Assembly (NCBI GenBank): GCA_936941155.1
Contig: CAKZJE010000047.1
Coordinates: forward strand, 11,154-75,153
Source: an uncultured Methylomonas sp.
Lineage (GTDB): Bacteria; Pseudomonadota; Gammaproteobacteria; Methylococcales; Methylomonadaceae
Reading direction: 5' to 3'
DNA: 64,000 nucleotides
A program made the position numbers and the translations under genes. The notes below the pieces were generated by a model. The model was not told the DNA's origin and did no database searches. It worked only from the letters and a program-made list of their open reading frames with translations. Positions 1-10,079 of the stretch are shown piece by piece (the stretch's first letter is position 1; each line of letters opens with the position of its first letter).

Positions 1-87
1 AAAAATCAGAATTTAATGGCTTACATACACCTTTAAAAATTACTTTTTTAATTCATAAACTTATCTAAATAAAATTTAGAATAATAT

Positions 88-831
88 TTATATTAATTTT
101 TGCCTATTTTTTATCATGTTATATAGCCTATTATCCACACTCACTCGTCTTTTAAGAACATCACGAATAATAGGTCTGCTTGTATCAATTTTACGGGATG
201 ATTTAGCCTCATTAACTTTCTTTGAAAAATCATAATTTACTAACTTGTCCTCCAAGGACAGATCTTTCACTACAGAGTTTATTCCCTCTATTAAATTATC
301 TTGAAAGATAATTTTATTAAACCTTTGAGATGCTTTTATTGCAGTATCGATGTCTTTCATTGTAATTAATTCAGTAGTTCCAATAAAATATCGAGTTTGA
401 CAATTATCCAATAATCTTATTCCAAAGTCTTTAATATGAACTAAAAAATAGTCTATTTCTCTATAATCATTTAAATTAGTATTTTTAATCTGATATACAA
501 CTTCTTGTGTTGATTTATTTAGCATATTACATTCACGTTTTTTCTCTGGTAAATTATAATGATCTAACCATAAGATATGTGATGCTAGATGTGAAATAGG
601 CTCACGGATAATAGTAAATAAATAGACATCGTTATCCAACAAACTTTTCAGGTTTGGGTAATATATGTGTCCTGATAAAAAATCAACATTGGAAAATGTA
701 TTTTGTAAATCATCCAGTTTTCTTTCCGCATGTGCAATAAATTTATCTGTGCCTAAAGCGTGCTCAAAAATATCATTTATAGCGGAACCTGCGGTCTTTG
801 CTATGTGCATAAAGACTACTTTTTTATACAT
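88..831 (-). CDS. Sulfotransferase family protein (Sulfotransfer_2/galactose-3-O-sulfotransferase-like)
   Basis: The N-terminal motif VFMHIAKTAGSA resembles the 5'-PSB motif (hIPKTGGTT) of carbohydrate sulfotransferases. The gene lies at the edge of a polysaccharide locus. Confidence 0.5.
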   Translation of the reverse strand: MYKKVVFMHIAKTAGSAINDIFEHALGTDKFIAHAERKLDDLQNTFSNVDFLSGHIYYPNLKSLLDNDVYLFTIIREPISHLASHILWLDHYNLPEKKRECNMLNKSTQEVVYQIKNTNLNDYREIDYFLVHIKDFGIRLLDNCQTRYFIGTTELITMKDIDTAIKASQRFNKIIFQDNLIEGINSVVKDLSLEDKLVNYDFSKKVNEAKSSRKIDTSRPIIRDVLKRRVSVDNRLYNMIKNRQKLI

Positions 832-852
832 AAATCCCTCATACTCAACTCA

Positions 853-3800
853 CTATATAAAGTTCAACAGCTGTTCGGCTATAGTTACGGAAACCTCATC
901 TAAATTAGATTTGCCACCAAAAAACCAGTCAATTTTTGCTTTTCCTCGCCAACCTATTTCAGAATCTTCATTCCATTTATTAGCTAAAGAAAAAAGTTGT
1001 TCTGAAACCGCATCCACATCAAAAGCAGAAAATGTCTCAATATTATCGTGCGTCAACGATAAATCTTTATTGTCATAATTATTAGCCAATACTAAAACAC
1101 CTGCTTCAGCCATTTCCAAAGGAGGATAACTAGGATGCGGTGAAACCATTAAAGAAATAGCTAAAGCAGATTTTGATGCCAATTCAGCATATTCATCAAG
1201 AGTTAGTCTTCCTAAAATTTCAATTGATTTAGAAATTTTAATTTTTTCTGCATTAAAGTTTTCGCCAATTGCAATAAATCGCCAATCAGCCCAGAAATCT
1301 GGATTATTTTGAGCAGCTGAGCTTATGATAACATCTAAAAACGGCAAACAGTTTCTTTCTGCGTGAGATCTTGCATATAACAAAACAATCCGTTCTTTTT
1401 TTGTGTCTCGACAAATAGCTTCTTTATATTTTACATTAATACCCGGATACAAAGTAAAACCTTCCTGATAATAATTATGCGCTTTAAAAAAGTTAAATAG
1501 AATTTCGGTATTAAAAATCGGGATAGTTTTTTCAGGATGACGATAAGTTTGATCGGCTAACGCATATTTGGTCGACCACGCATAAAAACCGCATTCATAA
1601 TCTTGAATCAAATAAAGGAATGGATATTCTCTGCCCGCAAAAATTTGCTGTTGTTGCCGCATGATGTCCAAGGCATTTTGCGCAGTCCACCAAGCAGTTG
1701 CCATAAAAATATCATTTTCTCGCACAAAAAAAGGATAACGGTAACGCTGCGCTCCGTCAATAACTACATCTTCATCTGCAACATCGGCATCTAACGGAGC
1801 AATAAATTGATAATTTGAAGGAGGCGCGTATTGATTCGATGGCGTTGCATCGGTGCTAATTAAGCGTGCATCAAATGCTTCACCCAATTGTTCTCTGATC
1901 GCAAAAAACATATCTAAAGCCGTAGCAACGCCCGCATAGCCTTGTGAAGTTTCAACCGTTGGGATAAGTAAATTAATGCGCGGCTTAGTTTTAAAACTAG
2001 GGCGAACAAAAAATTTACTACATTCTGGATAATAATGTCGCAGTGTACCTAGCTCATGGCTTGCCGGTAGATAACGATTACCCTGTGCCAACAGATTATT
2101 TAACAATTCTTGGTTTTCTATCGACTCTACTTTTTTATTCGTAGCAGGCAATCCAACCAACCATTCATAACCTGCCATTTCCACAAAATACAGAAAACTA
2201 CGTTCAATCGCATGGGCAAGTGTGCCGTCTATTTGTCCTGCCTCAGGATTAAAATGGTAATAACGTAAGTTTGTTTTTAACAATACCTGCAATGCCGATG
2301 CTTTAAACCAGAACATTGAACCCGATGGAAAATCAAGCACACTTTCTTTAAACACTTTTTGATTATGTAAGCCCAATAAGCCTGAAACCATACCAAAATT
2401 TCCACCCCACTGAATTAATTTTTTAATAGCTCCAAAATGTTCTGGGATGTAAGCACCTATTTTCTCGTTTTCTAGCAAAGACAGAATATTACTGACTAAT
2501 TCCGGTGTGCCTAAATTAGCCTCAAAAAGATAAGTGCGCCAGTCATTAAATTCTTTTGCATAATGCTTAGATTTTTTTGAATGAATATGTATGCCAAAAT
2601 CCACTTCTTTTAATCTATCGCGAAAACCCACAATCATGGGGGCAATATCACGTCCGCGATTTGGAGTGACACGAATTTCAAAAGGATGGATTGAGTGTTC
2701 TTCACAAATCGCTTTAATTTCTTTTGCTTTCAGTGAAGTATCAGTAGAAATATAAATACAGCAAGGTGATGGAATATTTTTTGTTTTTTCCAACATTTCT
2801 TGCGCTAAATCAGGATAAAAAATATGCGCAAAAACACCTACTTTTCCATGCTGGCTGGCATCTGGATTTATTTTAAGATGTGTAGGTAAAGTAATTGTTT
2901 TTCGGCTACTAGGAAAAGGCTTAAGGTTTTGATCTGGAGCTTCATTATTTCGGCAAGCAGAACCTTTGTGATAACCAATAGTGAGATAATGCGCTAAAGG
3001 ATTTGTGGTTTGAAGATTGAGTTGGTGTTCTGCAACATAAAAATTATGATCAAACAGAGGATGAACAGCACGGTTTTCTGAATAGCCAGACTGAGCATAA
3101 TGCAGCAACGCTTCCATTTCGGATAATGCCACATCCGCTGCATAAGTGTAGTAATGTGCTTTTGAGAAAAACGGGTGCGGATCAGTTTTAGCGTCCCATG
3201 CTTGCGCAAGATAATCGACAAGTGCCGGAACATCTAATGTGCGTGGAGCTATTTGCTCAAGATAAAACTCTGCATCAAATAATGGATGTGGACTAACCAT
3301 CTCTTTATTTTCAAAGAAATGTTGTAATGGTGATAGTTTTAATGAAGTTAATTCTAAGCCTTCATTTGCTAAATAATATTTGGTATTAAACAAAGGATGC
3401 GGACTAATTCCTTTTGCCCAGCCTACATAGCAATAATGTGACAAAGGATCAGGGCCTATAACTTCATTTTTGTGTTGTTGCTGATAAAACTTAACATCAA
3501 ATAAGGGATTAGGATTAAAACCATTACGCCATCCCCATACAATAAAGTGATAAAAAGGATCAATAGGTTCTGCAAGATCTTTCAGATAAGTTTTGGTATA
3601 CCAATCAGACCAAAACAGAGGATGTGGTTTAGCGTTTTGTTTCCAACCTTCGGTAGTGTAATGAATCAAAGGCGGGGTATTGATTTTATTTTCAGATAAA
3701 TAAGTCTCTTGATACCATTTTGCATTGAATAAAGGGTGAGGATTATGAAGTTTCTCAATACCTTTTTCAATAAAATAGCTTAAAGGATCAACAGTAGTGC

Positions 3801-4380
3801 TGTTACTTTCTTTGTATGCTGCTAAATACCAATTAAAATCAAAATACGGAGTTGGCGAAATAGACTTTTTCCAGCCAATTGTTAAATAATGTTCAATAGG
3901 ATTTGTGATAATTGCAGAAGACTTTGTAGATTCTATATAGTAATACTCGTCAAATAAATCAGCTAATGAATAAACTATTTTTTCTTTGCTTTGTTCTGCA
4001 ATCAATTCATTTAAGGCTTTTAATTCGTTAGTAAAAATATCGTTTCCAAAGCTTTCTTTAGGAAGAATTAAAAGAGCTTTATTCCAACAATTTAAAGCCT
4101 CAGGAAATTTTTTTAAAACCACAAAAGCACGCGCTCTGTTATCTTCAATCCAAACATTTTCACCAAACTTAACTTGTGCATTATCAAGTATTTTTAAAGA
4201 CTTAGAAACATCAATATCACGCAAAAAAATCGCATATTTTAAATAATCTTCTAAAACAGCTTCTGAGTGATTAATTAAACTCATATAAAGCGATAGTTTT
4301 GCATTTTTATCAATTGCCTCATTTAATGAAGCTCTCAATATTTGAATATCTTTGCTTTTAATCATACTTTTATTTTTCAT
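853..4380 (-). CDS. Giant multidomain polysaccharide biosynthesis protein: N-terminal TPR, 7 tandem ~45-aa 'HY..GW..G..PHPLFD..(W/F)Y' repeats, rhamnan-synthesis-F-like glycosyltransferase domain, C-terminal GT-B-like domain
   Basis: The motif PHPLF(D/N)xx(W/F)Y recurs seven times in the translation. The central region (GVFAHIFYPDLAQEML...CCIYISTD) looks like rhamnan synthesis protein F. The C-terminal 350 aa have glycosyltransferase-like features. Confidence 0.55.
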   Translation of the reverse strand: MKNKSMIKSKDIQILRASLNEAIDKNAKLSLYMSLINHSEAVLEDYLKYAIFLRDIDVSKSLKILDNAQVKFGENVWIEDNRARAFVVLKKFPEALNCWNKALLILPKESFGNDIFTNELKALNELIAEQSKEKIVYSLADLFDEYYYIESTKSSAIITNPIEHYLTIGWKKSISPTPYFDFNWYLAAYKESNSTTVDPLSYFIEKGIEKLHNPHPLFNAKWYQETYLSENKINTPPLIHYTTEGWKQNAKPHPLFWSDWYTKTYLKDLAEPIDPFYHFIVWGWRNGFNPNPLFDVKFYQQQHKNEVIGPDPLSHYCYVGWAKGISPHPLFNTKYYLANEGLELTSLKLSPLQHFFENKEMVSPHPLFDAEFYLEQIAPRTLDVPALVDYLAQAWDAKTDPHPFFSKAHYYTYAADVALSEMEALLHYAQSGYSENRAVHPLFDHNFYVAEHQLNLQTTNPLAHYLTIGYHKGSACRNNEAPDQNLKPFPSSRKTITLPTHLKINPDASQHGKVGVFAHIFYPDLAQEMLEKTKNIPSPCCIYISTDTSLKAKEIKAICEEHSIHPFEIRVTPNRGRDIAPMIVGFRDRLKEVDFGIHIHSKKSKHYAKEFNDWRTYLFEANLGTPELVSNILSLLENEKIGAYIPEHFGAIKKLIQWGGNFGMVSGLLGLHNQKVFKESVLDFPSGSMFWFKASALQVLLKTNLRYYHFNPEAGQIDGTLAHAIERSFLYFVEMAGYEWLVGLPATNKKVESIENQELLNNLLAQGNRYLPASHELGTLRHYYPECSKFFVRPSFKTKPRINLLIPTVETSQGYAGVATALDMFFAIREQLGEAFDARLISTDATPSNQYAPPSNYQFIAPLDADVADEDVVIDGAQRYRYPFFVRENDIFMATAWWTAQNALDIMRQQQQIFAGREYPFLYLIQDYECGFYAWSTKYALADQTYRHPEKTIPIFNTEILFNFFKAHNYYQEGFTLYPGINVKYKEAICRDTKKERIVLLYARSHAERNCLPFLDVIISSAAQNNPDFWADWRFIAIGENFNAEKIKISKSIEILGRLTLDEYAELASKSALAISLMVSPHPSYPPLEMAEAGVLVLANNYDNKDLSLTHDNIETFSAFDVDAVSEQLFSLANKWNEDSEIGWRGKAKIDWFFGGKSNLDEVSVTIAEQLLNFI

Positions 4381-4561
4381 ATTATTTTATGAATGATGGT
4401 AAATCGTAATTTTTAAAATACTGACTGTTTGTTGTGTTTTAAGTTAAATCTGTTTCAGCTTTAACAAACATTAAAATCAACATAGAATAACTCAAGAACC
4501 GCGTCTAGTGGAAAACATTGTACTAGGTAGACAAACATAAATATACGGGGGCAGGCTGAAA

Positions 4562-5509
4562 ATGCTGGTTAAAGCACTATTTTTATCAGAAGGACATACT
4601 GCAAGCACCGATTACTTTATTGTTCCTTACTTAGAAAGCAGAGGTTATGAAGTTTCTTTACTTGACTCGCGTTTTTTTGTCACAGATTTCGATTCAAAAC
4701 CTTATCAACTTCTTGTTATTTCACGATATTTAACAGCTAAACAGCTCAGTTTCTTAGAGAAAAAAACACCATCTCAGTTAAAAATTGTTTACTTTATGGA
4801 TGATGATTTGTTCGATTTTCACGCCTTGCGTGGTCTGCCTTGGTTGTATCAGTGGAAAATTTTTACAAAAGCTGTTCGGCATCGTATGCGGTTGCAAAAA
4901 CTGTGTGATGAAATTTGGGTATCAACACCCTTTTTGGCAGAAAAATACGCCCATCTTCAGCCTAAATTATTAAGCCCGATGCTTTCTGGCAAAACGCGGG
5001 AAACTAAACCAGCGGTTCAGGTGTGCTATCATGGCACAGCATCACATCAACAAGAAATTGACTGGTTATTACCGATTATCAGCGCGGTGCAATCACGGAC
5101 GGAAAATATACATTTTGAGCTGTTTGGTTCGCGTACTGTGGCGAAAACTTTTCGGCAACTTCCGCGTGTTTCTGTGTTACATCAAATGAGTTGGACTCAC
5201 TATTTAGCGTTTACTTCCATGCAAAAAAGAGATATTGCTTTAGCTCCTTTGCTAAATAACAGATTTAATGCAGCACGCGGTGCAACTAAGTTTTTCGATT
5301 ATGCGCGGATGGATGCGGTCGGTATTTATTCAAATATCCAACCTTATCAAGGCTTTATTCAAGATGATGTTGATGGTTTTTTGCTCGATAATCAGCCAGA
5401 AAAATGGATAGCAAAAATCGTCGATTTAGCAAATAATCTGCAAAAAAGACAGGAAATGATTCAAGCTATTCAAAATCGCCGCGCTTCTTTAACGCTCCCC
5501 AACTTATAA
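4562..5509 (+). CDS. Putative GT-B glycosyltransferase
   Basis: The C-terminal region (GFLLDNQPEKW...) resembles GT1/GT4 family C-terminal domains, and the gene sits inside the capsule-like locus. Confidence 0.4.
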   Translation: MLVKALFLSEGHTASTDYFIVPYLESRGYEVSLLDSRFFVTDFDSKPYQLLVISRYLTAKQLSFLEKKTPSQLKIVYFMDDDLFDFHALRGLPWLYQWKIFTKAVRHRMRLQKLCDEIWVSTPFLAEKYAHLQPKLLSPMLSGKTRETKPAVQVCYHGTASHQQEIDWLLPIISAVQSRTENIHFELFGSRTVAKTFRQLPRVSVLHQMSWTHYLAFTSMQKRDIALAPLLNNRFNAARGATKFFDYARMDAVGIYSNIQPYQGFIQDDVDGFLLDNQPEKWIAKIVDLANNLQKRQEMIQAIQNRRASLTLPNL

Positions 5510-5513
5510 AAAC

Positions 5514-6503
5514 ATGATTGGCACTTGTTTCGGCACTATTTTAACCGCAACCTATCGCGACCAATTTTTAGGCGAACCGATTGCGCCTTTTTATTTACAT
5601 GTTGGCAACTTAAATGGAATCTGCGGATGGGGACGAAAACTCAGCGGTCGTTGCGCAAGCATTGTGGCTAAGTTATTAAATTTACCCTGTTTTTTATTAG
5701 AAGACGGTTTTTTGCGCTCTTGCGGTTTAGGGGTAGAAAAATCACCGCTACTTTCTATCGTCGTGGATGATTTAGGGATTTATTATGATGCTAGTCGCCC
5801 TTCGCGTTTAGAACACCTGATTAACGCACTGGTGTTAGATGAAACTTTGCAATCCCAAGCCGCAGACGCTTTAAATCTCATTCGCCAACATCGGTTATCA
5901 AAATACAATCACGCCCCTGAATGGCAGTTGCCAAATCTTACAGAGAATGCGCAAACACGGGTTTTGGTGATAGACCAAACTTTGAACGATTTATCGGTGC
6001 GATTAGGCGGGGCAAATAAAAAAGTATTTGCGCAAATGTTAGCGGCAGCGATTGCTGAAAATCCAGGTGCTGAAATTTGGGTAAAAACTCATCCAGACGT
6101 ATTAAGCGGCAAAAAACAAGGTTATTTAGGTCATTTGAACCTAAAATCATCAATTTATTTACTAGCCGAAAATATTTCACCACTGTGTTTATTAGAACAA
6201 ATCGACAAAGTCTATGTTGCCACCTCACAAATGGGTTTTGAAGCCTTGATGTTACACAAACCAGTGGTTTGTTTTGGGCAACCTTGGTATGCAGGCTGGG
6301 GCTTAACCGAAGATCGGCATCCCAAAATGGAAAAATTACGTTCCCGCCGCTCCTCTAAACGCACGTTAGAACAACTGTTTGCCGCTGCTTATTTACAATA
6401 TCCGCGTTACATTCAGCCTGAAACCGGACAACTCGGCACTATTTTTGATGTGATTGCATGGTTGATGCAATACAAAATTTCTGCTCAACAACATGAAAAA
6501 TAG
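5514..6503 (+). CDS. kpsC: KpsC-like capsule polysaccharide beta-Kdo transferase, N-terminal Capsule_synth domain only
   Basis: There is strong colinear similarity to the E. coli KpsC N-terminal half (LEDGFLRS, VVDDxGIYYDAS, WVKxHPDVL, CFGQPWYAxWGLTDDRHP). The protein is 329 aa versus about 675 aa for full KpsC. Confidence 0.7.
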   Translation: MIGTCFGTILTATYRDQFLGEPIAPFYLHVGNLNGICGWGRKLSGRCASIVAKLLNLPCFLLEDGFLRSCGLGVEKSPLLSIVVDDLGIYYDASRPSRLEHLINALVLDETLQSQAADALNLIRQHRLSKYNHAPEWQLPNLTENAQTRVLVIDQTLNDLSVRLGGANKKVFAQMLAAAIAENPGAEIWVKTHPDVLSGKKQGYLGHLNLKSSIYLLAENISPLCLLEQIDKVYVATSQMGFEALMLHKPVVCFGQPWYAGWGLTEDRHPKMEKLRSRRSSKRTLEQLFAAAYLQYPRYIQPETGQLGTIFDVIAWLMQYKISAQQHEK

Positions 6504-7716
6504 ACATTTTTTGTTTCTGCAAGGTGTGGCGAGCCCTTTTTTCGACCAACTTGCTGATGCACTCATCGCCGCACAACAACAGGTTGATAAAATTCATTTT
6601 TGTGGTGGTGACAATTTTTATTGGAAAGACAAAAAAGCATGGCATTTTAACGCCCCCAGCCATCAGCTTGAGGCATTTATTGCAGAAAAATTTTGCCAAG
6701 CACAGTTTACCGATGTTGTTTTGTTTGGCGATATGCGTCCAATTCACCGTCCAGCAATTGCAATTGCCAAAAAATATCAAGCAAAAATCTGGGTATTTGA
6801 AGAAGGTTATCTGCGTCCTAATTGGCTAACTTTGGAAGAAAATGGCGTAAATGGCAATTCATCTCTTTCAAAAAATCCTGATGATTATTTATTGCAATCG
6901 CAACAAATTCCAATGTATCAAAACGGTTTAGATACTGATTATTCAATTCTTATTCGTTTATGGCGCGATATACAATATAATTTTGCGCGTTATTTATTCT
7001 CTTATCGCTACCCACATTATCAATTACACCGACCACAAAGCGCGTTGCGTGAATATTGGGGCTGGATAACGCGATTTCCGATACAAAAAATATTTGGAGA
7101 TTATTTTGCAAATCAAATCCACAAACAATTGTTAAAAAATAACAGTAGTTTTTTCTTATTTCCATTGCAATTACATTACGATGCACAAATAATTTATCAT
7201 TCGCCTTTTGAGACAATTGAAGGGGCTATTTCAATCGTATTAGAATCATTTGCACAGTATGCCGATAAAAAAGATGTGTTGGTGATTAAAAATCATCCAT
7301 TGGATATAGGTATTATTAATTATCGAAAAATTATTCAACAGAAACAAAAACAGTTGAAACTGGAAAATAAAGTTTTTTTTATGAATGGTGGAAATTTAGA
7401 GTTATTCTTAAAAGATTGCAAAGGCACTGTCACCATTAATAGCACTGTAGGTATTTCAGCATTGCAAAATAACTCACCTGTAATTAGTTTAGGAAAAGCA
7501 ATTTACAATATCGCAGGATTAACCTTTCAAGGAAGTTTAGATGATTTTTGGACACAAGCGCAATCACCCGATAAAACATTATTTAAAAACTTTAGAAATA
7601 CAGTGATTCATCAAACACAAATTAATGGCAATTTTTACACCGAAAAAGGTATTGCAATGGCAGTAGAAAACTCTCTTCAGCGTATTTTATGTGCAACTGC
7701 AATGGAAACAGAATGA
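6493..7716 (+). CDS. kpsS: KpsS-like capsule polysaccharide beta-Kdo transferase
   Basis: The N-terminus matches E. coli KpsS (LLQGxxxPFF, GGDxFY, FGDxRPxH, FEEGYLRP). The gene overlaps kpsC by 11 bp. Confidence 0.7.
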   Translation: MKNRHFLFLQGVASPFFDQLADALIAAQQQVDKIHFCGGDNFYWKDKKAWHFNAPSHQLEAFIAEKFCQAQFTDVVLFGDMRPIHRPAIAIAKKYQAKIWVFEEGYLRPNWLTLEENGVNGNSSLSKNPDDYLLQSQQIPMYQNGLDTDYSILIRLWRDIQYNFARYLFSYRYPHYQLHRPQSALREYWGWITRFPIQKIFGDYFANQIHKQLLKNNSSFFLFPLQLHYDAQIIYHSPFETIEGAISIVLESFAQYADKKDVLVIKNHPLDIGIINYRKIIQQKQKQLKLENKVFFMNGGNLELFLKDCKGTVTINSTVGISALQNNSPVISLGKAIYNIAGLTFQGSLDDFWTQAQSPDKTLFKNFRNTVIHQTQINGNFYTEKGIAMAVENSLQRILCATAMETE

Positions 7717-9215
7717 TAATTCTTACCAGCTTGCTTGTTTTAATTGCTTTAACAATTGTTTCAGAACTGTATATTGTTAAACCAAAAAACATTTTTGAAG
7801 ATAGAAAATTCTCTGGTTTATTTATTCACACGTTAGCGATTCTATTTGTTTTTATTGCAGTTTTCTTTATTTTTCATCGTGTTATATTTTCAAGCTGTAT
7901 TGCTTTTGTGATACATTTAATTGTAGTGATTATTAATAACGCAAAATATCAAGCCTTAAAAGAAAGCTTGGTTTTTTCAGATATTGTGATGTTTTCACAA
8001 GCGTTTAAATTCCCGCGTCTGTATTTTCCTTTTGTAAATAGTCTGTTATTAATTGCAGTGCCTATTGTCGTGGTTTTGGCTTTATATTTTGGCTTAATCC
8101 TAGAATCTACCTTTTACTTTAATTCTGGATTAACAGATTCTTTATTGCTATTAATGAGTGATTTTATTTTATTTTTTTTGCTGCACTATTTGGCAAAAAA
8201 ACAAAGTTTAGCTTTTCAGTCAAAAGAGGATTTAAAGAAATTTGGTTTATTTTCCAGTGTTATTATTGGCACAGTGCAAGCTTATCAAGCGTTTAATTTA
8301 AAACAACTTTCTGAACAATTAATTAATACTCCTTTTACATCCTTGTCTGATGTTGAAATAGCGAAAAATCGCACTGATATTATTGTGGTGCAAAGTGAAT
8401 CTTTTTTTGATGTGCGGCGTTTATATGCGGCTATTTCACCTGAAATTTTGAAAAATTATGATGCAATTAAAAGCACAGCGCAATTTTCTGGCAAATTAAA
8501 TGTGCCAGCGTGGGGCGCAAATACCATGCGTACTGAATTTGCTTTTTTGTCGGGATTAAGTGATGAGGAATTAAATTGTTTTCGCTATTATCCGTATCAT
8601 TATATTCATAGCGAAGTTTTTTCTATTGCTGCGTATTTAAAAAAACAAGGTTTTCGCACGGTTTGTATTCATCCTTTTGCAGCGGATTTTTTTGAGCGAA
8701 AACGGGTTTTTTCATTATTGGGTTTTGATGAATTTATTGATATAAAACAATTTAAAAAAACACAGTCTGATGAAATTTATATGAGCGATTTTGCAGTGAC
8801 TGAAAAGATTATTGAAGTTCAAGAAAGTTCTGATAAACCGGTTTTTATTTTTGCAATTACTATCGAAAATCATGGCCCTTTGCATTTAGAAAAAACTTCC
8901 TCTGCGGATGAAAAAATAGTTTATCAAATCAAGCCTGATTTTGATTCGCATGATTTAACGGCTTATTTGCGGCATTTACAAAATGCGGATGCAATGATTG
9001 CGGACTTAACGGCTCATTTTCAGCAAAAAACCACGCAAACGTGTTTTTGTTTTTATGGCGATCATGTGCCTAGCATTCCGAGTGCATATCAGGTGTTGCA
9101 GTTTGAGAATAGCCAAAGCGATTATTTTATTTGGCACAGTCATCAGGATGCAATTTGCGAAACGAAAACCATAGCGGCGCATCAATTGGGTGTGTTATTA
9201 ATGGGGCAATTATGA
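7689..9215 (+). CDS. LTA-synthase/sulfatase-family membrane protein (5 N-terminal TM helices + alkaline-phosphatase-superfamily domain)
   Basis: The N-terminal 170 aa are hydrophobic, and the C-terminal domain resembles phosphoglycerol/phosphoethanolamine transferases. Confidence 0.5.
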   Translation: MCNCNGNRMIILTSLLVLIALTIVSELYIVKPKNIFEDRKFSGLFIHTLAILFVFIAVFFIFHRVIFSSCIAFVIHLIVVIINNAKYQALKESLVFSDIVMFSQAFKFPRLYFPFVNSLLLIAVPIVVVLALYFGLILESTFYFNSGLTDSLLLLMSDFILFFLLHYLAKKQSLAFQSKEDLKKFGLFSSVIIGTVQAYQAFNLKQLSEQLINTPFTSLSDVEIAKNRTDIIVVQSESFFDVRRLYAAISPEILKNYDAIKSTAQFSGKLNVPAWGANTMRTEFAFLSGLSDEELNCFRYYPYHYIHSEVFSIAAYLKKQGFRTVCIHPFAADFFERKRVFSLLGFDEFIDIKQFKKTQSDEIYMSDFAVTEKIIEVQESSDKPVFIFAITIENHGPLHLEKTSSADEKIVYQIKPDFDSHDLTAYLRHLQNADAMIADLTAHFQQKTTQTCFCFYGDHVPSIPSAYQVLQFENSQSDYFIWHSHQDAICETKTIAAHQLGVLLMGQL

Positions 9216-9979
9216 ATATTATTATCACTGGCGCAAGCGCGGGAATTGGTTTTGCATTAGCGAAACTCTATGCAAAACAAGGTGTTAATTTAGGATTGAT
9301 CGGGCGAAGTTCTGAAAAATTAGCGATTATTTCTGCGATTTGTCGTGAGCAGGGGGCACAGGTTGTGACTGCGGCAATAGATGTGACTGACACGGAAGCT
9401 TTAAAAAATTGGCTGCTGGCGTTTGATGCGCAATTTCCGGTGGATTTGTTGATTGCGAATGCGGGCGTGACCAGCATTATGCCCGACGATGGCGCGGGCG
9501 AGTCGTGGGCGGCGGTTTCGCAAGTGTTGGATGTGAATATTTACGGTGTTTTCAACACAGTTTATCCGTTAATTGAACCAATGCGGCAACGTCAAAAAGG
9601 ACAAATTGCACTGGTTAGTTCGTTGGCGGCGTTTCGTGGAATGCCAATTAGTCCGGCGTATTGCGCCACGAAAGCGGCGGTAAAATCTTACGGTGAGGCG
9701 TTAAGAGGTTGGTTGCAACAGGATAATGTGCAAGTGAATGTGATTTGTCCGGGCTTTGTGAAATCACAGTTGAGCGACCAGTTTACGCAACCGAAAATTT
9801 TAATCATGTCAGCCGAGCAAGCGGCAAAAATTATTCAACGTGGTTTGGAAAAAAATAACGCGGTGATTAGCTTTCCATTTCCACTGGATTTAGGGATGAA
9901 AATTTTAGGAATTTTGCCGGCGTGGTTTGTGAATTGGATTTTTACGGTTTTAAATTACAGTGCGAAAAATACAGTCTGA
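9212..9979 (+). CDS. Short-chain dehydrogenase/reductase (SDR)
   Basis: It has the Rossmann motif IIITGASAGIG and catalytic YxxxK (YCATKAA). The ATG overlaps the TGA of the upstream gene (ATGA), so the six-frame start at 9131 is rejected. Confidence 0.8.
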   Translation: MNIIITGASAGIGFALAKLYAKQGVNLGLIGRSSEKLAIISAICREQGAQVVTAAIDVTDTEALKNWLLAFDAQFPVDLLIANAGVTSIMPDDGAGESWAAVSQVLDVNIYGVFNTVYPLIEPMRQRQKGQIALVSSLAAFRGMPISPAYCATKAAVKSYGEALRGWLQQDNVQVNVICPGFVKSQLSDQFTQPKILIMSAEQAAKIIQRGLEKNNAVISFPFPLDLGMKILGILPAWFVNWIFTVLNYSAKNTV

Positions 9980-10079
9980 ATCAGGATTTTCAGGATTAAA
10001 AGATTAACAGGATGTTCTTTATCTGGTTAATCCTAAAATCTTGTAAATCTTGATTCAGAAAAAATTGATGAAAAAAGTC

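Noticed and set aside
665-1078. A 137-aa ORF antisense to, and overlapping, the sulfotransferase and giant-protein genes.
   Set aside because: It lies wholly inside or opposite well-supported longer CDSs, is low-complexity, has no RBS and is a typical shadow ORF. The same reasoning applies to other listed antisense ORFs (2994-3233, 3986-4246, 35216-35563, 36197-36934, 43686-44129, 57213-57764, 57978-58340 and similar).
9131-9979. A longer 282-aa version of the SDR gene starting at 9131.
   Set aside because: That start would overlap the 3' end of the upstream sulfatase-like gene by 85 bp in another frame. The ATG at 9212 gives the canonical SDR N-terminus (MNIIITGASAGIG) and an ATGA stop-start overlap.
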